From assembly GCA_043813365.1 (NCBI GenBank), contig JBDRLB010000046.1, positions 1-39,283 of the forward strand: DNA of 39,283 bases, given 5' to 3'. Position numbers and translations under genes: made by a program. Below are positions 34,474-39,283 of the stretch, one piece after another. The DNA comes from Candidatus Micrarchaeota archaeon. Lineage in GTDB: Archaea; Micrarchaeota; Micrarchaeia; Norongarragalinales; SBBD01. Under the pieces are notes generated by a model, which worked only from the letters and a program-made list of their open reading frames with translations, did not search any database and was not told the origin of the DNA. Position 1 is the first letter of the stretch. Every line of letters starts with the position of its first letter.

Positions 34474-34560
34474 AAAATCAGCAATAGGGTTAGGGAATAT
34501 TGCTATTTAAGGATTTACTTAAATTCGTGAATTTACCCATAAATAGCTAAATGGTCGGGT

Positions 34561-34890
34561 TTAATGGATGCCAGAGCCGTCGGGAATGTCGTTCTCAACA
34601 GACAATAGGCCCAATTGGCCATCCTCGCTCTCCGCAGCAAGGAGCATCCCCTGCGATTCTATTCCCCGCAGTTCCTTGGGCTCCAAATTTGCGATGACAA
34701 TGATCTTTTTCCCCATCAGCTCGTCTTCGGCATATTTTTCAGCGATGCCCGCTACAAGGGTGCGCGTTTCCTCGCCGATGCGGATCGTGAGCTTGTAGAG
34801 CTTGCTGGAGCCCTCCACTTTCTCGACTTCCATGATCTTCGCTACCCTAAGGTCGAGCTTCTGGAAATCCTCGAACGATACATTATCCAT
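34561..34890 (-). CDS. Stand-alone OB-fold tRNA-binding protein (Trbp111/CsaA/MetRS C-terminal domain family)
   Basis: FEDFQKLDLRVAKI, SKLYKL, RTLVAGI, NLEPKELRGIESQGMLLAA. Confidence 0.92.
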   Translation of the reverse strand: MDNVSFEDFQKLDLRVAKIMEVEKVEGSSKLYKLTIRIGEETRTLVAGIAEKYAEDELMGKKIIVIANLEPKELRGIESQGMLLAAESEDGQLGLLSVENDIPDGSGIH

Positions 34891-34972
34891 AGAATATCAA
34901 CAAGAAGGAAGAAACGGTTAATGGAATTGGGTGCATCGCTGTGCTGCCCCAGCCGGCGCCCCGTAAAACACG

Positions 34973-35353
34973 TCAGTATACTTTCCTTTTTGGGGAGTAG
35001 AACCTATCCGCCTTGAGGGATTCCACGAATATCTTGTGTTCTTTGTGCTTCTTCTCTATGACCGCGTAAACGAGAGTATAGTGCTGGAGAAGCAGCAGCA
35101 ATTGCTTGCGCGTGAGCGCCTTTACCTTGCCTGCAATGTCGTGGACTATTTTCTTCGCCTTTTCCGGCTTCAGTTCTGCTTCCTTCAGGAACTCTTCAGT
35201 GTATTTCCTGCCTTGGACGGCCTTGATGAATCTCTTCAATATGTCCTCGCCCGCCTTCAGTTCCTTTTCTGTGAAAGACGTTTCCCTCTTTTTCAGGTAG
35301 CGCTTTTCGCGGATGATGAACGCTATCAGTGAGTCCATGTGCTCTTCGTTCAT
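34973..35353 (-). CDS. Hypothetical basic helical protein
   Basis: Open frame; GAGGGG RBS 6 nt before the ATG at 35353; TATATA box at about 35401-35410. Confidence 0.65.
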   Translation of the reverse strand: MNEEHMDSLIAFIIREKRYLKKRETSFTEKELKAGEDILKRFIKAVQGRKYTEEFLKEAELKPEKAKKIVHDIAGKVKALTRKQLLLLLQHYTLVYAVIEKKHKEHKIFVESLKADRFYSPKRKVY

Positions 35354-35557
35354 TGAAAATCCCCTCATAATCAGTGATTGCATCCTTTATCCCGACTCTC
35401 GTATATATACCTTGCGCAAAAACCGGCTCGGAGTATATAAAATAGCGCTCTTTTTTAGCCGGAGCTAGGGAAAAAGGGAAAGAATGCGGCTCTTCGCATC
35501 TAGACTCTCCTAAACCGAGGTTTGATTAGCAAATCAAATTAAGAGGGGGAACGAGCA

Positions 35558-35594
35558 ATCGGCTCAGGGGGGAGATATCTCCCCCGTCGCCGAT
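35558..35594. other. Strong hairpin with perfect 18-bp palindrome directly after the lemA stop
   Basis: GGGGGAGATATCTCCCCC (35568-35585) enclosed by ATCGGC...GCCGAT. Confidence 0.6.
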
Positions 35595-35596
35595 AG

Positions 35597-36171
35597 CTAC
35601 ATTTTGTCAAAACTGACCTTAACCGGCTCCCTTTCCTGGGCTGTTTCCGTCTTGAAGTAGTCCCTCTTGCCGAATGAGAACATTCCCGCAATGATGTTGC
35701 TGGGGACGGACTGGATTTTCGTGTTGTATTCAAGAACAGAATCATTGTAGAATTGCCTTGCATATGCGATCTTGCTTTCTATGCCCGAAAGCTCCTCCTG
35801 CAATTGCTTGAAATTCTCGTGGCTTTGAGAGTGGGATAGTTCTCGGCAACGGCAAAAAGCGATTTCAAGGCGCCAGTAAGCATATTGTCCGCATTCGCCT
35901 TCTCCGAAACGGAGCCCGCATTGGCCATCATCGCCCTTGCCTTCGTAACAGTTTCAAAAACCGATTTCTCATACCTCGCGTAACCTTTAACCGTCTCCAC
36001 GAGGTTGGGTATGAGGTCATACCTTTTCTTTAGCTGCACGTCTATCTGCGACCACGCGTTCTCAATCCTGTTCCTGAGAGTGATCAGCGAGTTGTAGATC
36101 AGGATGACCATTATCACGAATATGACTACTACTCCGCCCACAATGAGCCCGATGAAACCAAAATCCGCCAT
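35597..36171 (-). pseudogene. lemA: LemA-family protein split by a 1-bp frameshift (pseudogene or assembly error)
   Basis: 5' ORF has [26 protein letters not shown]...AENYPTLKA; the other frame continues [26 protein letters not shown]. The junction reads GCC AC GAG AAT, so one base is missing near 35820 (AAC expected). Confidence 0.88.
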
Positions 36172-36300
36172 AAAAATCCCCTCCTAATTAAATCACGGAA
36201 GTGGTTTATAAGCATAACCCAACAAAATAATGGGGTAAGAAAAAGGGCTGATTTTACTGCAATAACAAAAAAAGGCCTTATTCCAACCAAGTGCATCCAG

Positions 36301-37431
36301 ATGAATTTTCCAAACCCATACGAAGGAAAGCATTACAAGAAGCTGATAGTCATACCGCTGATCCTGATAGTGATGGCGCTGTTTTTCATACCCAACATCC
36401 CCAAGGGGGTAGATTTGAAGGGAGGGTCGCTTTTCACAATAGTGACGGATGCGCCAGCTGGCACGCTCGCTTCGAAGCGGCTTGAGCTGCAGGAAGTGCT
36501 TGCGAAATATTCCAGCGATGTTTCGGTTAGGACTTTTGAGAACCCTTCGGGGAGGGGGTTTGAGATAGAGGTGGGCGCGAGCGGCCTGCTGGATGAGGCA
36601 GAGCAGAAAATCGCGGTTCTTAGGACTGATAATTCGGAGTACTCGAGGCAGGACATCAATCTGCAGAACATGCTGGGAAACGAGCTCGACCCTGCCAAAG
36701 TGGAAGCGCAGAAGAAAGTGGTTGAGGAGCTGAAAACCAAGGTGCTTGTGGATGGGAATGCGATAATGCAGCTGCTGAAATCGCAGACGGTGCTTACCGA
36801 TCCTGAAACTGCCGCGCAAACAGCCGAAAGCGAATATCTTGACATTGTTTCCTCAAACAGGGAAAGAATAATCGGGGACATCAAGGCGACTGTTGAAGTG
36901 AAATCGTACAGTGCAAAGGAAGTTGGATCCAGCTTGAGCAGGTTCTTCCTTTCCGAGACGGTAAAAATCATACTGATTTCATTGCTGAGTGCGGCACTGT
37001 TCGTAGTGGTGATATTCAGGGGAAGGGTCGCATCGCTTGCTGTGCTTTTCGGTGCGTTCGCGGACCTCATAATTACGGCGGGAGTGATGGGAATGCTCGG
37101 CATCCCGCTGAGCCTGTCAACTGTCGCGGCACTTCTGATGCTGATCGGTTTCTCAATTGATACGGATATGCTGCTGACAATCAGGGGCCTGAAGCGGACA
37201 GAAGGAACCGCGAAGGAGAGGGTTTATGATGCGATGAAAACCGCAATTGTGATGAACTCGTCCGCAATAGTGGCATTCACAGTGCTCGTGATTGTTGCAA
37301 TGTCCCTGCAGATTGAAACTTATTACCAGATCGGGATCGTCGCGCTTATCGGCGGCCTTATTGATTTCATAGCGACATGGTGCGGGAATGCGGTAATGGT
37401 TCTCTGGTATGCCGAAGTGAGGCAGAAATGA
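36301..37431 (+). CDS. secF: Protein translocase subunit SecF (archaeal)
   Basis: GVDLKGG, VGSSL, AALLMLIGFSIDTDMLLT, GLIDFIATWCGNA. Confidence 0.93.
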   Translation: MNFPNPYEGKHYKKLIVIPLILIVMALFFIPNIPKGVDLKGGSLFTIVTDAPAGTLASKRLELQEVLAKYSSDVSVRTFENPSGRGFEIEVGASGLLDEAEQKIAVLRTDNSEYSRQDINLQNMLGNELDPAKVEAQKKVVEELKTKVLVDGNAIMQLLKSQTVLTDPETAAQTAESEYLDIVSSNRERIIGDIKATVEVKSYSAKEVGSSLSRFFLSETVKIILISLLSAALFVVVIFRGRVASLAVLFGAFADLIITAGVMGMLGIPLSLSTVAALLMLIGFSIDTDMLLTIRGLKRTEGTAKERVYDAMKTAIVMNSSAIVAFTVLVIVAMSLQIETYYQIGIVALIGGLIDFIATWCGNAVMVLWYAEVRQK

Positions 37432-39026
37432 ATTACAACAACATAATCAACAACCGGAAGGTGCAGATCCTCTTCATAGCGGTAGTCATCGCGATTTTGC
37501 TGTTGGCGCTCAAGGGCCCGAATTTCGGCATCGAGTTCAAGGGAGGGGTACGGATACCCATTACGCTTATTTCAGAGCAGGGTGTTTCTGCTGATGTGAT
37601 GAGCCAGACGGTGGATACGCTTAAGCAGCGCATCAACAAGTACGGGTTGTCGCAATCGGTAGTAAGGCCGCTGGGGGACCGGGAAATTATCGTGGAAATC
37701 CCCAAAGCGGATGAGAGCGTAATAAAAAGCGTGGAGAAGATCCTTCGGGAGCAGGGAAGGTTCGAGGCGGTAATCGATGGGAAGGATGCGCTCGAGGGGA
37801 AGAACGTCCTCACAAACGCGATAGGGGGCGCGAACGGGGAGCGCGTTACGCTTGTGAACGGCGGGTACAGATGGGAGCTTGATTTTTCAGTAAACCGCGA
37901 TGGGGCGGACCAATTTGCAAAGGTCGCATTCGGGAAGGCGAATTTCCCGGTTTACATGATGCTGGATAGGCCGGAAAAAGCGGCCATCATATTCTCGAAG
38001 GCAGCTTATGGCAGCCTCGGCGATTTCTCCGGAATTGAAAGGGCGATGCAGGATGCGCTGAAGAAGGAGGGCGACAATATCGAACTCATTTACCTGGAGA
38101 ACTTGGATGCGAATAAGGAGAAGCTCGATGGGAAAGGAAGAGTGGTAATATCGGAGAATATGAGCAAAATGCCCGAAGTGATGCAGCTCCTTGGAGAAAA
38201 GGGCTTTTCTGCCGAATCAGAAGGCGGCAGGGTAATAATCATCAGGAAGGACGAGGAAATGGCGCCCGAAACGTATAACACGCAGTTGGGGGTGACGGTA
38301 ATTTCCAAATGGAAGGCAATAGGACTGCTTTCCGCCCCGACACTGTCCGAAGGGCTTGCGCATGGGATTGCATCGCAATCATATTCAATTACCGGAACCG
38401 CTGCTGGGCAGACTCCGGATGAGCAGAAGAGAAATGCGCTTTCGGAATTGAAGGAGCTGAAGAGCGTCATTTCGGGCGGAAAATTGCCCGTAAGTACGGT
38501 CATTGGGAGCGCATATGTGGTTGCACCTCAGCTGGGCGAGCAGTTCCTTACCTACAGTTTGATTGGAATGCTGGTGGCGGCACTTGCAGTTGCAATTGTG
38601 ATTTTCATAAGGTACCGGAGGCCCGCATTGGTGGTTCCTATCGTAATGATAAGTGCACTGGAGATTTTCCTTACAACAACAGTTACTTCTGTATTTGGTA
38701 CGCTGGATTTGGCTGCTGTTGCAGGGATCATCGCATTGATAGGGACGGGAGTGAACGACCAAATCATCATTACGGATGAGATATTGAAGAAGGGAAGGGC
38801 AGATGAGGAGCAGGAAATTGCCTATAGGAATGTGAAGGACCGGATTGCAAAGGCGTTCACGATAATTTTTGCGGTTGCCGGGGCAATCATTGCTGCAATG
38901 CTGCCGTTGTTCCTTTCCGGAATCGTTGAGATGATGGGTTTCGCGCTTGCAACAATCATCGGAGTGTTGGTGGGGATCGGGATTACAAGGCCCGCATTCG
39001 GCGCGATTGTGCAGGAGATAAGGTAA
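37428..39026 (+). CDS. secD: Protein translocase subunit SecD (archaeal)
   Basis: FGIEFKGGVRI, RINKYGL, GRFEA, GKLPV, LDLAAVAGIIALIGTGVNDQIIITDE, ITRPAF; ATGA overlap with the secF stop. Confidence 0.93.
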   Translation: MNYNNIINNRKVQILFIAVVIAILLLALKGPNFGIEFKGGVRIPITLISEQGVSADVMSQTVDTLKQRINKYGLSQSVVRPLGDREIIVEIPKADESVIKSVEKILREQGRFEAVIDGKDALEGKNVLTNAIGGANGERVTLVNGGYRWELDFSVNRDGADQFAKVAFGKANFPVYMMLDRPEKAAIIFSKAAYGSLGDFSGIERAMQDALKKEGDNIELIYLENLDANKEKLDGKGRVVISENMSKMPEVMQLLGEKGFSAESEGGRVIIIRKDEEMAPETYNTQLGVTVISKWKAIGLLSAPTLSEGLAHGIASQSYSITGTAAGQTPDEQKRNALSELKELKSVISGGKLPVSTVIGSAYVVAPQLGEQFLTYSLIGMLVAALAVAIVIFIRYRRPALVVPIVMISALEIFLTTTVTSVFGTLDLAAVAGIIALIGTGVNDQIIITDEILKKGRADEEQEIAYRNVKDRIAKAFTIIFAVAGAIIAAMLPLFLSGIVEMMGFALATIIGVLVGIGITRPAFGAIVQEIR

Positions 39027-39086
39027 TCCGCGCAACTAATTGGATCGTTTCGGATTTTTTAATTATAACCGATCATTGGAAATGAG

Positions 39087-39283
39087 TGGGGTCAAGGGGA
39101 TTCGAACCCCTATCCACAGGTATCTCCGAACCTTTTCTTTTTCTGCGGAAAGAAAAGCCCTCCGGAAAAGAAAAAGCCCTATTTGCTCGTCATATTTGTT
39201 TCAGAGCTCCATCAATTTCATCATAGTTCTTTTGGAACTCAACATACCTGCAACAAAAATCTGGAGCCTATTGTTCTACCAGG
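39087..39283 (-). tRNA. tRNA-Trp(CCA) with a 139-nt intron at 37/38 (5' end truncated by window edge)
   Basis: 5' exon ...CCTGGTAGAACAATAGGCTCCAG (39283-39261; anticodon at 39264-39262); 3' exon ACCTGTGGATAGGGGTTCGAATCCCCTTGACCCCA (39121-39087); anticodon stem ATAGG/CCTGT; CTCC/GGAG central helix of a BHB-like motif; CCA end not encoded. Confidence 0.93.
39122..39260 (-). ncRNA. tRNA-Trp intron-encoded box C/D guide RNA (targets C34 and C39)
   Basis: D' TTGA 39242-39239 preceded by guide GCAGGTAT(G); C' ATGATGA 39224-39218; D CTGA 39204-39201 preceded by guide TGGAGC(T); C-like ATGACGA 39193-39187. Confidence 0.85.

Noticed and set aside
34474..34560. FMN riboswitch upstream of the rib operon
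   Set aside because: Only 87 bp, AT-rich, and lacks RFN consensus elements; it contains just a TATA-like box.
35800..35835. Programmed -1 frameshift in lemA
   Set aside because: No X XXY YYZ slippery site at the junction; a simple 1-bp deletion explains it.
1..39283. Mobile elements, prophage or defence genes near the tRNA
   Set aside because: No integrase, transposase, terminal repeat or att-like duplicate of the tRNA 3' end was seen; secD ends 60 bp from the tRNA.

Overview
Archaeal DNA, most consistent with a DPANN lineage such as Micrarchaeota (inferred from fibrillarin, TrmB, archaeal riboflavin synthase, archaeal secF-secD, an intron-containing tRNA-Trp and GGTGA-type ribosome-binding sites). 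The left 22 kb is a cell-surface locus. It holds a giant minus-strand ORF (start 12572, at least 4190 aa) that the ORF track missed because it runs off the left edge without a stop. This protein begins with an AbrB/SpoVT-like DNA-binding domain fused through a class III-like signal and membrane segment to a Pro/Ser/Thr stalk, a PEGA domain, Ig-like modules and at least 8 tandem Cys-containing repeats of about 325 aa. Next to it lie a divergent secreted protein and a probable operon of a second ~2070-aa surface protein, a MinD/ParA ATPase and a membrane coiled-coil protein. The right half carries pyrG, sppA, a TrmB regulator, a secreted protein with repeated KYAYF motifs, fibrillarin, a mosaic archaeal/bacterial riboflavin operon, a frameshifted lemA, secF-secD and a tRNA-Trp(CCA). 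The 139-nt tRNA intron encodes a box C/D guide RNA for positions 34 and 39, apparently with permuted box order. All calls come from manual reading; no database searches were run.
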